Shown in pieces: positions 44,260-55,429 of a stretch of 64,000 nt of DNA. The stretch lies in NCBI GenBank assembly GCA_946965045.2, contig OX337232.1, positions 930,001 through 994,000 of the forward strand. The letters are read 5' to 3'. Made by a program: the position numbers and the translations under genes. The notes under the pieces were generated by a model that saw only the letters and a program-made list of their open reading frames with translations, was not told the DNA's origin and made no database searches. The first letter of the stretch is position 1. Every line of letters begins with the position of its first letter. This DNA comes from Epithemia pelagica (Eukaryota; Protista; Bacillariophyta).

Positions 44260-44694
44260 GTTTTATGTTTTTCTTTGATGGAGCTTGTTGCAATTCGGCG
44301 GCGTGATTTGTATGCGATACATGATCGATTGATTGATTGATTGATATTGATCCACACGGCCTGTTGCAGGAACGACGACAGCCAAAACCTCCTCGTAGAT
44401 TTCTTTTTGTTCGGGACTCCTCCTCAGACTTCGGGTCACGAATCATGTTCTTGAACTGATTTCCGCGACTGTGTGTACACTTTGATCTACTGTTGTTGTT
44501 CGGAATGTGTGACGTGTCGCTGCGTCATTCGTCCTCACTTTTTGTGATACCCGCAAAAACATCATGATACAATAGGTAACTGGTAACTGCTCTCTTTTCT
44601 CCTGAATCCTGACTTCAAGAAGCCCATCCCTTCTTGTCCTTATCTTTGATTCCGAAATTTGCACCAACATTGGAAACGGAGACGCGGTCCAATT

Positions 44695-46518
44695 ATGACG
44701 ACGGCTCAATCACCACCTGCTCCCGGCTTCTTGTGCCTGATAGTCGCATTGCTGTCACTCGTTCGACTTGATAGTGTTCATGGATTCACGCCGAGTCCGT
44801 CACACACTTCTGTCCTACATCTTTCGGCGAACAGGATAGCCCCTTTTCCATTGGTAACAACGACGAGAACCACTACCCAACTATTTTTATGGAAACGCGT
44901 GTCGAAATTTTTTGGACGGTCCAAAGACAAGAACAACAAGGGTGACGAATCCGACGGGGACGAAACATCGTCGTCCCCGCCCTCGTCGTCGTCGTCGTCG
45001 TCGTCGGTGGAAGCATTATCTTCTTCCACATCAAAACCGACTGCACCCAAGCCCAAACGAAGGAAAAACACAAAACATGTTTCGGTTTGCATTGTGGGTG
45101 GAGGTGTGAGCGGATTGACAGCAGGAATGGAATGTGCCACCAAAATGGCCTCCAAAACCAAACCGAAACAGAACCAGGACACAGACGACAATGACAACAA
45201 GAACCAGGACGGTGAACCTCTCGTTGTTATTCTGGAGGCTTCGTCGACTGTAGGAGGACGCGTCCAATCAGATACCACTCCAGATGGATACACTCTGGAT
45301 CGAGGCTTTGCCGTCTTTATTGAGGAATATCCCTTTGCACAAAAACTTTTGGACTACTCCGATTTGCAATTGGGACAATTTTTGCCGGGTGCCCTCGTGA
45401 AGGTATCTTCCGGATCCTTGGCCCGTGTGGCGGATCCCTTGCGACAACCTGGAGAATTGTTCACGGCGCTGTTGGCACCCGTGGGGAGCTTGCTGGACAA
45501 GATTGGTATTTTGTTCTTGGTATGGAATGTTCGGAGTCAATCCCTGGAAAAATTATTTCAAGAAAAGGAAACGAGTACCATTGACGCCTTGACGAAACGA
45601 TGGAACTTTTCGGAAGACATGATCGAGAAATTCTTTACACCCTTCTTGGAAGGCATCTATTTGGCACCCCTTCAAGAACAATCGTCACGTATGTTTTCCT
45701 TTGTGTTCAAAATGTTTTCTGAAGGATCGGCATCCTTACCACGAGGAGGGATTGGAGCCGTCGCTGAACAATTGAAAACCAAGGCAGAATCGGTCGGTGT
45801 GGACATTTGTTTCGACCAAGCTGTGGAAACGATTGAACAAAACTCTGGGGAGAGTCCTGCGTTTACAGTGTACACGGGAGATACGGCCTGGACGTGTGAT
45901 TCGTTAATTGTTGCAACAGAGGGAGATGCAGCCTGCAAATTAATTTCCCAAATCAATGGCTTTGAATCTCTGGAAACATTGCCTGGACAAGTCCAGCGAC
46001 AAGTCGGCAATGTGTATTATGGATTTGAAGGAGAACCTCCTGTCCAAGATCCTATATTGATTCTTAACGGTATGAAGGGAGACTTGGAAAAAAATCCCGT
46101 CAACAACGTCTGCTTCCCCTCGTCGGTCACTTCGGGTTATGCACCGGAAGGATGCAGTTTGTGCAGTGTTACAATACTCAAAGAGGCCATGGATCTCTAC
46201 CAAGACCGTGACGAAGAATTGGATGCGGCGATACGGAAACAATTGAGCACGTGGTTTCCCTCTCATGCATCGTCCATCTCCGACGAGAAAGACTGGCAAC
46301 TCAAGGGCATGTATCGGATTGCTAATGCTCAACCAGGACAGTTCAAGGGTCCTTTCCCCGCCAATGTCAATGGTGGTCGACCTAGCAACAGTTATCGCAA
46401 CAAAGAACTTCCAGCAGGAATTTTCGTCTGTGGAGATCACATGTCGACTGCAACGTTGAATGGAGCGCTGGAATCCGGGGTTGCTGCAGGAGCAGCAGCG
46501 GCAGCAGCCGTTCCATGA
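44695..46518 (+). CDS. Plastid-targeted FAD-dependent oxidoreductase (amine oxidase / protoporphyrinogen oxidase-like family)
   Basis: Signal ..DSVHG|FTPS; VCIVGGGVSGL; LEASSTVGGRVQSD; LDRGFAVF; C-terminal VCGDHMSTATLNGALESG. Confidence 0.88.
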   Translation: MTTAQSPPAPGFLCLIVALLSLVRLDSVHGFTPSPSHTSVLHLSANRIAPFPLVTTTRTTTQLFLWKRVSKFFGRSKDKNNKGDESDGDETSSSPPSSSSSSSSVEALSSSTSKPTAPKPKRRKNTKHVSVCIVGGGVSGLTAGMECATKMASKTKPKQNQDTDDNDNKNQDGEPLVVILEASSTVGGRVQSDTTPDGYTLDRGFAVFIEEYPFAQKLLDYSDLQLGQFLPGALVKVSSGSLARVADPLRQPGELFTALLAPVGSLLDKIGILFLVWNVRSQSLEKLFQEKETSTIDALTKRWNFSEDMIEKFFTPFLEGIYLAPLQEQSSRMFSFVFKMFSEGSASLPRGGIGAVAEQLKTKAESVGVDICFDQAVETIEQNSGESPAFTVYTGDTAWTCDSLIVATEGDAACKLISQINGFESLETLPGQVQRQVGNVYYGFEGEPPVQDPILILNGMKGDLEKNPVNNVCFPSSVTSGYAPEGCSLCSVTILKEAMDLYQDRDEELDAAIRKQLSTWFPSHASSISDEKDWQLKGMYRIANAQPGQFKGPFPANVNGGRPSNSYRNKELPAGIFVCGDHMSTATLNGALESGVAAGAAAAAAVP

Positions 46519-46909
46519 GAAGTGGGAGGTTGGTCTAGGTAGGAATCTGAACGCCTTCCCCATACTTTTCCTGAGTAGCCAATAACTTTGGCTTAGACTG
46601 CTCCTCCATAGCTGCAGCCAGGTAATGCAATAGCGGTATCGATTTTAACATCAGGGATTCAATGTTGGCGAGATTGTAGGAGTACCTAGACGACCAGGGA
46701 TACCAGTCTACTCCCAGTAGACTTGCCGCCCAGGGTAGTTGAGTCGTGACGGCTTCTACACATCAACATACGCATTTCTCAACTGACGCAAGGACAGACC
46801 GTACACCATTTACCATTTACCATTTACCATTTCCTCACTCGGCAGCGACAGAGACAACACGGATTGGGATTGTCTGATAGCAAGAGAGAAGCAAACGAAC
46901 CAATTCATC

Positions 46910-47110
46910 ATGGCATGGCAATCAATGGCTCCCCTCGGAATTATTTCCGCTATGTTTTTTGTTACGGCCAATGGAATATCTGTGATTAATTGGTTGGACA
47001 ACGGCAAGATTCGGCGCAAGGGTGGTGCCTCTTTCTTTGACAAGTACATTGATCAACGTGAAGAGTTTCTCCGCGAGTGGCAGCGTAAAGCAAAGCTCAA
47101 CGACAAGTAA
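46910..47110 (+). CDS. Probable mitochondrial complex I MWFE-type subunit (NDUFA1-like), 66 aa
   Basis: MAWQSMAPLGII.. single TM helix, then NG..RR....F..YIDQRE, a pattern resembling NDUFA1. Confidence 0.55.
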   Translation: MAWQSMAPLGIISAMFFVTANGISVINWLDNGKIRRKGGASFFDKYIDQREEFLREWQRKAKLNDK

Positions 47111-47583
47111 AAGGGGTTCACAACGGGCCGATTTCAAGCATGAAGGAAATCCAGCAGACAAGGATTACATGGAATCCCTTGTTTCTGCTGCTGTGCTTCC
47201 GATACATCCGGGTTTCATGTGAGAATGAGGATGAACTGCGGAAACGAAAATAATGGACGGATTACTCATTTTTACACTCATATTATGTAGGTGATCACAT
47301 TAGTTCTGTTTCGCTCATATTGAGCAAAATTGACTGGGTACGCACTGCTCATGGGAGTAAGTCACAAAGCTAAGCAAAAAGCATGTAGGAGTAGTCCAAA
47401 CGGGAAAGACGGATATTTTATTCTCGACATTTCATACTGTTTACAGTTTGCTTTAAGATTACGTTTGCCTGTATGAGCACCTATCCGGTATTCATACGCT
47501 AGCGGAAGGGGGTTACTAACAAGTAATCCATCTTTCCCCACCGACACCGTTTCATAGTCGAGTGAGGTATGGATTGGCTACCC

Positions 47584-48848
47584 TTAGATTTCAGCCAATT
47601 CGGTATCGACCGGCAGAACAAGGACTTGATCAATTCGATTGGGATCTCTCGCAAAGGCTGTTGCACCAAGAACTTCGTCTTGAGGTGGTGCCGGTGGAAA
47701 CAAATCGGCCGGTTCAAAGGGAATGGTGTCGTGTGGATGTGCAAAGCTGCTGTGCGAAGAACTGCTTGTGGAAACTGTTTGATCATTCGTCCGCCGACTC
47801 TAATGGTAATAACAAAATAAACCGTTAGTGTTGTGAAAAATTACTCACACTGTACATTACACTCCAGCAAACATACCGTTTGGCTCTTGGCACGCTGCGC
47901 CTGAAAAGGCTTGGGCACTCCAAACGATTTTGGAGAGCCCGCGGCGTTGGCTTCTTGTTCCCAAAATTGTTGTTCCCCGTTGATCCACTTGGAGTGTTCG
48001 GAACTCTCGCCGGTGGTGTCTGAGGTTTTGGTGTTTTTCGATGCATGCGTCCGTTCACTTCGTTTTCGAGCAAAGTTCCGTGTGGGAGACAAGGGTGAGA
48101 TGGGAAGGCGTGGCTCCGGTCGTTTGAGTGGCATGGCGGAATCTTTGGAGGATGGAAAGAGTGACGAATCGTTGGAGGGAGAGTGTTTCAGTTTCTCAGC
48201 GTTGGCCAAGGCTTCTAATGTATAGGCCGAGACTGCCGAAATACTATCGTCAAAGGTTCGGTTCGGCACAATCAAATGGGACGAACCCAACGGCGTAGTG
48301 ACTTTCGCAGGGGATTGAGGCGCTCGAGCATCTGCCATGTGGGCCGGTATTATGGTTAACTTTTGTTGCTGTGAAGAAGCACCAAACGGTCTTCCCTCCG
48401 GATGTTGAAAGGCTGTCTCGACCGTGAGATGTTTCGGTGAATCCTTGGGTTCGGCCTCTCGTGCCGAATCGGCAGCACGAGGAGACGACGATTTTCCAGT
48501 GGGGAGTGGTGCATTTGGATGGTCGTCCATAAACAAGTGTTCGTAAACTTGTTCTCCAAATTCAGGACGGAGTGGTCTTTTGGTTCGCATACCTTCCGGT
48601 GTCACAACTGGTTTTCGCAGTTGCGGATTTTCGGTGTCTTCATCATCATCACCGCCATCGTATTGGAGTTCCACACCAGAGGTGGCCCCTACTGTGCAAG
48701 AGCCAAACATTTTATGAATGGCTGTTTCAAAGGTAGTAGGCATTTCCTCTTGTGTCTTCCATGCTTCCAAGTTCCGCAGGAAATCACGAGCGGAGGATTT
48801 TAGTTTGTCACCGGCCGAATATGCCATGGACATTGCACCACTCTGCAT
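47584..48848 (-). CDS. Hypothetical Ser/Pro-rich protein, 2 exons (intron 47800-47876)
   Basis: Long ORF. A gtatgt donor, ACTAAC branch and attag acceptor give the in-frame last exon SRRTNDQ...ELAEI*. Confidence 0.7.
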
Positions 48849-50178
48849 CGTAAATGGTTTCGTTGTGGATTTCCTTCCTTCTCTCGTTTGGCACACCTAC
48901 GACGACAATCAATGGGTCTACGATTCTGCCGTTGGGAAACGTCTCTCTCCAACGACGCGAGGGACAAGACGTTCTTCGTCGCGTGTGTATTGGTTGTTCG
49001 TTGTGGTTGGGATTGTTCTGAATCGGTTGTATGTGTCCACTGCCCCTCTTTCTTGACGATACTCCACGATAGTTTATTTTCTTCACGGGTTCATTTGCCA
49101 AAACCCACAACAAGAGGTGAATCTCTCAACTCAAAGCAGCAGCCGCAGACGCGCAAATCGCAATTTGTGCCGCCAATTCGTTCTTGCCTTGCGTGGTGTC
49201 CGTTTCCCAGACCAAGTCGTGTGGCCAAAACGCCGGCCCGGCAAACAAAGAAGTCTACTTAGGAGCATCTGGAACGGGCACAAGTCTAAGTAGGCCATAG
49301 AGATCGCCATTGTTAGCTCTTAAGTGTTTTACCGACAATAAATTTCTCGTGACCCTACGGGCATAAACACCTGGCACCGTACAATTTCTTCCGAACAAGA
49401 CTTGCTGGCGCGAATATCTCTCGTTTACACGATACGATACAGGTCGACCCAGTCACAGACAACTTTGGATTCTACAAACTACACTATCTACAGTGTTTAC
49501 GCATGCCAGGACAGTTTTGGTATGTCACGTTGTCGCGGGCCGGCCTGTCACGAATATAACGGGCACAGTTGGGGTGTTTTGGCGAGAAGATCGATGAAAT
49601 ACTTAAAGCGTTGAATTTGGGAGTGTGCCCACACTCCCCTCGTTGCATGGGGGCATAACAAAGTAAAAACCTTGCGGAATTTTCTTGGAAAGACCCGGAC
49701 CAGGAACCATGATGCCGCCACAAATTAATGAGACATGTTCATTTTTTGGTGACTGGGTTCCTTGTTTCCCTCCTCTCTTGTTGGACAGTAGTTGCGGGAT
49801 TTTGTTGCAAACGGGAGGTACCGAACTTGTGGTTTTGCAGCAATCTGCATTAAACTGCACTCTGTAATTCCCTTTAGAAAAGGAATAATAATGGAAACGG
49901 TCTATGAGTAGCTTGCCATTGAACAACTTCAATGGCTGGATCGTTCATTTCAAAGAGTTTTCTGTAGGTAGGAGGAGAAGTAAAGGCAGCTCTTCCCGTC
50001 TTGAATCGACTCCTCTTGAATCACACTCTGGTTGGAAGCTTCTGCTTGTACCACGTAGAAACGACAACAGGGATTCGCTGTCCAGGAGCTGTTGTTATAT
50101 CAACAGTCAGTGTAGCTAAACAAGGCCTTGTATTTCTCGTGTTTGCAATTCCTCTGCCATCCAAGACCCATGAAGGAA

Positions 50179-51399
50179 TCAACTGGGATAGACTTGCCGT
50201 ACATTAATGTTGATACGATGCGTCGAGAGGTAGGCCTGTAGCGCCGTGGTATCCTCCACATGTCTACCATCTTGCTGGTTTGACGCTCCCCGTCCGAGTT
50301 GTTCCAAGGTCACTTGCTGATCCGCCGAGGCGACACGGTTGGGATCGACGGGTGGCAGCAGGGGGACTGTGGCGGAGGGCAAGATGCGTGCCATGCCATG
50401 ATAATACAATCGTGACGGTCCTCCGAGAATCATGACATCGCCGGGTCGGACCAAAATGGGATGAATGGGAGTATCCTCCTTGGTCGGTCCACCCAACAAA
50501 AAGACAGCCGGCAATCCAAAACTCAAACTGACAACCGGCTGGTCCAAGGCCTCCTCCAAATCGTCCAAATGTCCTCCCATGAGCGATTTGGTATGATAAT
50601 AATTCACAATACAGGCCGACGAAACAAAGGAAAAGGGCTTGGGGGGCGAGGACTCGTGGTCCTGGTCGTTGACCCATGATGATGATGATGCTTGCCAGGC
50701 CGCATGGGCAAACACAAGTGCCAATTGATCAATCAGTGCCGGCATGGGCGAACACATGGTACGATTGTAGGACCGTGCGGTCCAATCGTAATGGTAGCCC
50801 ATGGTAGCCCAGGTTAATTTCTGAAAGCTACGTTTCGTGGTGGTCCTTTCTGGTTTGTTGTTGCGTGCCGAGTGGTGGTTCTTTTTGGCATGGTGATGCT
50901 GCTGCTGCTTCTTGTTGTGGTGGTTGGACCCATTCACGTTGTGGTTGTTGTTGTCGTCGTCTTGTTCTTGTTTCCAAAGGGTCCACAGGGAGGAGGAGGA
51001 GTGATCCCTGTCTTGTGTACCAGCGGTTTCATGGGCGGGTAGAGTGGCAGTATCCATGTTGGTGACATGAGGTGCTTGACAATAGTCCGTCACGGCCTCC
51101 CAACTCGTCCAGTCTTGCACGTGTGCATCGAGGGCCTGTGGGGCAAACCAAAATCCCGGAGCTCCCTCGAGACCATAGAGAGGTCCACCGTACATGGGAA
51201 ACGTTGTCCCAGCCATGTCGTCCTCCTCCAGATGATGATTCAAATTATTCGTAGGCCCCAGAATTTGGGAATGGCCTCGTCCAAAATCAATCCATTCGTC
51301 CACATCGTCCAATCGATTCGGATGGTCGGCCTGTCGACGATGACGCAATTGCACCTTTTTAAATTCTGTGAGGCCATCCTTTCTCGCAGTCTCGGACAT
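50179..51399 (-). CDS. ALKBH1: AlkB homolog 1-like Fe(II)/2OG dioxygenase
   Basis: KLTWATMGYHYDW, ACIVNYY, MGGHLDDLE, VSLSFGLPAVFLLGG, GDVMILGGPSRLYYHGMARI, RININVRQV. Confidence 0.92.
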   Translation of the reverse strand: MSETARKDGLTEFKKVQLRHRRQADHPNRLDDVDEWIDFGRGHSQILGPTNNLNHHLEEDDMAGTTFPMYGGPLYGLEGAPGFWFAPQALDAHVQDWTSWEAVTDYCQAPHVTNMDTATLPAHETAGTQDRDHSSSSLWTLWKQEQDDDNNNHNVNGSNHHNKKQQQHHHAKKNHHSARNNKPERTTTKRSFQKLTWATMGYHYDWTARSYNRTMCSPMPALIDQLALVFAHAAWQASSSSWVNDQDHESSPPKPFSFVSSACIVNYYHTKSLMGGHLDDLEEALDQPVVSLSFGLPAVFLLGGPTKEDTPIHPILVRPGDVMILGGPSRLYYHGMARILPSATVPLLPPVDPNRVASADQQVTLEQLGRGASNQQDGRHVEDTTALQAYLSTHRININVRQVYPS

Positions 51400-51680
51400 G
51401 GTACTACCTACTACAAACAATGCCTCTCGATTTCTGCTTTGTGGTTCTTCTCCAGGAGACGCTCTCTTCTTTCTCTACTCTCTACACAACACAAGAGCGG
51501 GAGACAAGATTTTTTCTGGGTTTGTCGTCATGGTCCACGAAGATTCATTCTGCGACCCAAAAGGGAATTTTAAATTTTAAAGTTTCAATAGTTGACTTTT
51601 GAAAAAGACACGTCAGCTGGATGCCGACGACGCACACAAAAATCTCGTCCACACTGTCCATTTTGTTTCCGTTCTGGACC

Positions 51681-52909
51681 ATGACGAATCTGTCCATGTC
51701 TCGTGGCGCTGTGCTCCTCGTGGCCTTGTTGTGTGGGACCGTGACGGGCTTTTCCACTCGGCCGGCGTATGCGTCCCGTCAGCAGCAGCAACAACAACAT
51801 ATGACGACGACGAGAACAAGTCGTTGGGCAGTGGGCGGACAAGCGTACGACCATGCCCTCTTGTTTGATTGCGACGGTGTCATTTTGGAAACCGAAGAGC
51901 TTCATCGTCTCGCCTACAATGCCGCCTTTGATGCCTTTGGCCTCACGATTGATGGAGAACCAGTGAATTGGTCGGTACGTACTAGGTAGTTTTATTTGAC
52001 TCTTGTGTTGGTGCCATGGCTCTCATTTCGTTGGCCTTGGCATGATTGGTGGTTCTCCCTCTTGTTGTTGTTTCGTTCCTGTTTGGGGCTTCACGATCGA
52101 CATGGTATGATACACCATGGATTGATTGTGGATACCATACAAAATAGGTGGAATATTACGACATTCTTCAAAACACGGTGGGTGGTGGGAAACCCAAAAT
52201 GTTTTATCATTTTCGTACCACCCTGAATGGGAAATTTCCGCAATCGAACCGTCGACCGGCACCGGCCACGCCAGCCGAACAACAAGCCTTGATTGATGCC
52301 TTGCAAGACTACAAAACACAGCAGTACAAAACCTTGTTGGCGACGCAAGCCGTCCCTCGTCCCGGAGTCTTGGAATTGATGGACCAGGCCTTGAACGATC
52401 CGTCCATTGCCGTTGGTGTCTGTTCGGCCGCCACTAAGGCGGCGGCGCAAAAAACATTGGAATTGACCTTGGGACCGGATCGGATTCAGCGATTAAACGT
52501 TTGTATTTTGGGAGATGATGTTTCGGCCAAGAAACCCGATCCCATGATTTACAATGTGGCGCGGGAACGATTGGGACTGACGCCGGACCAATGCGTCGTG
52601 GTGGAAGATTCCCTGGTGGGCTTGCGGGCCGCGCAAGGGGCTGGCATGAAATGTGTCATTACCTACACCAGCAGTACCGCCTCGGTAGACTTTTATGGGG
52701 AAGGAGCCAGTGCCAAAGTGCCCGATTTGGGATCCCGACACGTGGGGTTGGAGGATATTTTTGGACCCTTGCGACAACATGGTCCACACGCCGAATTGCT
52801 GGTGGGCAAAAAAGACCCCATGTCCGACGTCGCTTCTCCAGCAACGGAAGCGGTTGCCTCGGGTCGTTCCGCAACCACTGCGTCCTATTTGGCAAGTTTG
52901 AGTCGATGA
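51681..52909 (+). CDS. CBBY: Plastid-targeted HAD-superfamily hydrolase, CbbY-like, 2 exons (intron 51975-52147)
   Basis: ALLFDCDGVILETE, HRLAYNAAF, PRPGVLELM, VCSAAT, GDDVSAKKPDP, VVEDSLVGLRAA; signal ..TVTG|FST. Confidence 0.9.
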
Positions 52910-53218
52910 TCGGGGATGTCTAAATATGGGCTTCGTAGGTCCAAGAAAATCATGGGAATAGGCCACACCGAACGCAGGTTTGAAACTAGATCATCCGAGC
53001 AAGCACAACGGATTCGAACGACACCGACAGTCGCCACCCATCCACAAACGCACACTTGAACACAGTATAACCATGTACGACAACCGTTTCTTAATATATA
53101 TGCACGGCTCTATCGATAAGACGCCCTCGTACGACGCCGGTCCTTTGTGCGACAAGAGTGAAATATCAAGTGTAGTAGTAGTAATAGTAGCAGGAATCCA
53201 CATTCGTGTTTAATTCTC

Positions 53219-54232
53219 TCAAAACCAGGATTCCGTGTCGTCTTCGGGGTGAAAGGAGGACAAATCGGCCAAAATTTGGTAGGCACGCGCACTCAAATCG
53301 TCAATGGCGGCATATCTACTGGCCAATTCTTCTTCTTCTTCCTGGGACTTGTTGGGTTTGCGGTACCAGTCTCGTTTGGCCTTGGCCTCTTGCGCTTCTT
53401 TTTGGGCGGCAATACGAGCGGCAATTTCGGCTCCCTCCCGTTCCAATCGGCTGGCCAACAAGGACCGTTGTCGGGTTTCGGCCAATTTGGCTTGGGCCGC
53501 CTTGGCCTCGGCCGCCAATCGAGCTTCTTCGGCCAATCGAGCTTCTTCGGCCAATCGAGCTTCTTCGGCCAATCGAGCTTCTTCGGCCAAGCGAGCTTCT
53601 TCCGCCAAGCGAGCTTCTTCCGCCAAGCGAGCTTCTTCCGCCAATCGTTCCGCTTCTTGACGGGCCCGTTTTTCTTCCTCCGCCTTTTGTTCGGCTTCCG
53701 CCTTGAGACGGGCTTCTTCCGCCTCGGCCGCCAAACGAGCCGCCGTGGCTTCTTCGGCGGCCTTGGCCGCCGCATCGGCTTGTGCTTGCAATCGGGCTTC
53801 TTCGGCGGCCTTGGCCTCGGCCGTGGCACGAGCCTCTTCTTCCGCCTTTTTGGCGTCTTCCGCCTCCTTGGCCGCCGCAGCGGCGGCTTCGTCCGTTTCT
53901 GAAGTGGTAGCAAGAACAACAACAACAACCAACACATGTGAATTGATTAATACCGTTTCAATAAGACAACGGCCATTTCCAACAACAAGAAGACAAGAGA
54001 TTGAGAGCATGAGACATGTTTCACCCAACAGTGGTCGCCCCACTCCACTCGACACACAAACAATAGACGTACCACCACTATTGGTTACGGCCGATTCATT
54101 GTCCGCCACGGACGAGTGCAGGACAAAGGCCGCCGTCGTCGGACGACGCACCGCCATACCCGTCGTGGCAAAGGACGAGGCCCCCACGAGCAAGTGCGAG
54201 ACCAACACGGCAAGAAGTGACACTCGGATCAT
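53219..54232 (-). CDS. Plastid-targeted Ala/Glu/Lys-rich coiled-coil protein, 2 exons (intron 53899-54072)
   Basis: Signal ..VGASS|FATT. gtacgt..ttcag intron in frame. (EEARLA)n repeats. C-terminal EELASRYAAIDDLSARAYQILADL. Confidence 0.8.
   Translation of the reverse strand: MIRVSLLAVLVSHLLVGASSFATTGMAVRRPTTAAFVLHSSVADNESAVTNSGGTSIVCVSSGVGRPLLGETCLMLSISCLLVVGNGRCLIETVLINSHVLVVVVVLATTSETDEAAAAAAKEAEDAKKAEEEARATAEAKAAEEARLQAQADAAAKAAEEATAARLAAEAEEARLKAEAEQKAEEEKRARQEAERLAEEARLAEEARLAEEARLAEEARLAEEARLAEEARLAEEARLAAEAKAAQAKLAETRQRSLLASRLEREGAEIAARIAAQKEAQEAKAKRDWYRKPNKSQEEEEELASRYAAIDDLSARAYQILADLSSFHPEDDTESWF
53505..53650 (-). repeat. 18-bp coding tandem repeat (EEARLA), ~7-8 units
   Basis: GCTTCTTCGGCCAATCGA / GCTTCTTCCGCCAAGCGA repeated. 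Confidence 0.9.
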
Positions 54233-55429
54233 GATGATTGTCGATCGAATCGAATGTCTTGTACTAGGAAACTGTTGAATGTACCACAAGAGAGAGAAGT
54301 GAGAGGTGAGCAACCGTTTGTTAATGTTTGTAGCCAACAGGGAGAGTAGACAACAAGGAGGGCACGGATATAGGAACAAAGATCCCAGCAACGACGTATC
54401 ATACCCACCTTTGGTGGCAAGAAACAGAAATAGACGCACCGTGTCAAAAAGGATTGGGGTGAGCGATTGTTTGGGTGGTGCGTGTGGACACGACGAAATC
54501 GATGAAGCAAAAAAAAAATCGCTGTGTCGTTTTCGTATTGTTGTTTGTTGTCTTTGGTTGCGACTAGGCGCTTCGGAAGAGACACACGTAAAGATACGTC
54601 ACCGACCTGCATCTCGGAAAATGAATACAACTAAGCGTGAAGGTAGACCTTCAATCGATTTTAAGGTATGGTAATATTGACTCCTGATGAGATCAAGATC
54701 TCTGAGGTGTGATGTGAGGTTGAAGATCCAGTTGAAACGTGTCTTCCGTTGCCTTCGCGGTTCGCGGGTCAAGATCCAGGAACACCAGGAACCAACATCA
54801 TCACTCATCACACCATGAGACCATGGTGCTGAAACGTTTGGACCCAGAGAGGACCAAAATGGTGACTTTTACAAGGATCCCCTCACAGCTATTCTCCTCC
54901 ATGAATGTCTACAAGCGGTCTCCACAACTACAATGGTTACTTCCATGCCGCTCGCTTTTTAAATTTTGTATTGAAATTCCACTCTACGAATGCCATACGG
55001 CGTGAAACAATAATTGATGCTTTCCCAGGAACAAGGTCAGCGTGTAGTACATCATGACGGCTAGTCTCCGCTGCACCCGATTTATCCACACCACGTACAG
55101 CGCAACCTTAGTTACCAAAGGTCCTTGCGACGATAGTTCCTTCCAAATCTTGGTGTCGCCCAGTCGATGCCCCCGCTGCCTTGGCGCTCTACACCTATAG
55201 TTCGGAACCTTGTGAATGTGCAGAGTTGTATACCACAATCAGCCTATGATAGGAAAGAGTCCAGAACGAAACACGCACCTTCCAATTCTACACGAATTAT
55301 TGTGCTTAATGCTAGTGGTTTGTAGACTTGCGCATCACCATCCGCCCAACAACAACAACAAAATGCCAAAACGTTCCACGGACCTATATCCCACACAACA
55401 CACACATCACGTGAGGCCTCCAGGATGCC

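Noticed and set aside
49600-50120. Short ORFs 3' of ALKBH1
   Set aside because: No motif or splice support; treated as intergenic or a degenerate remnant.
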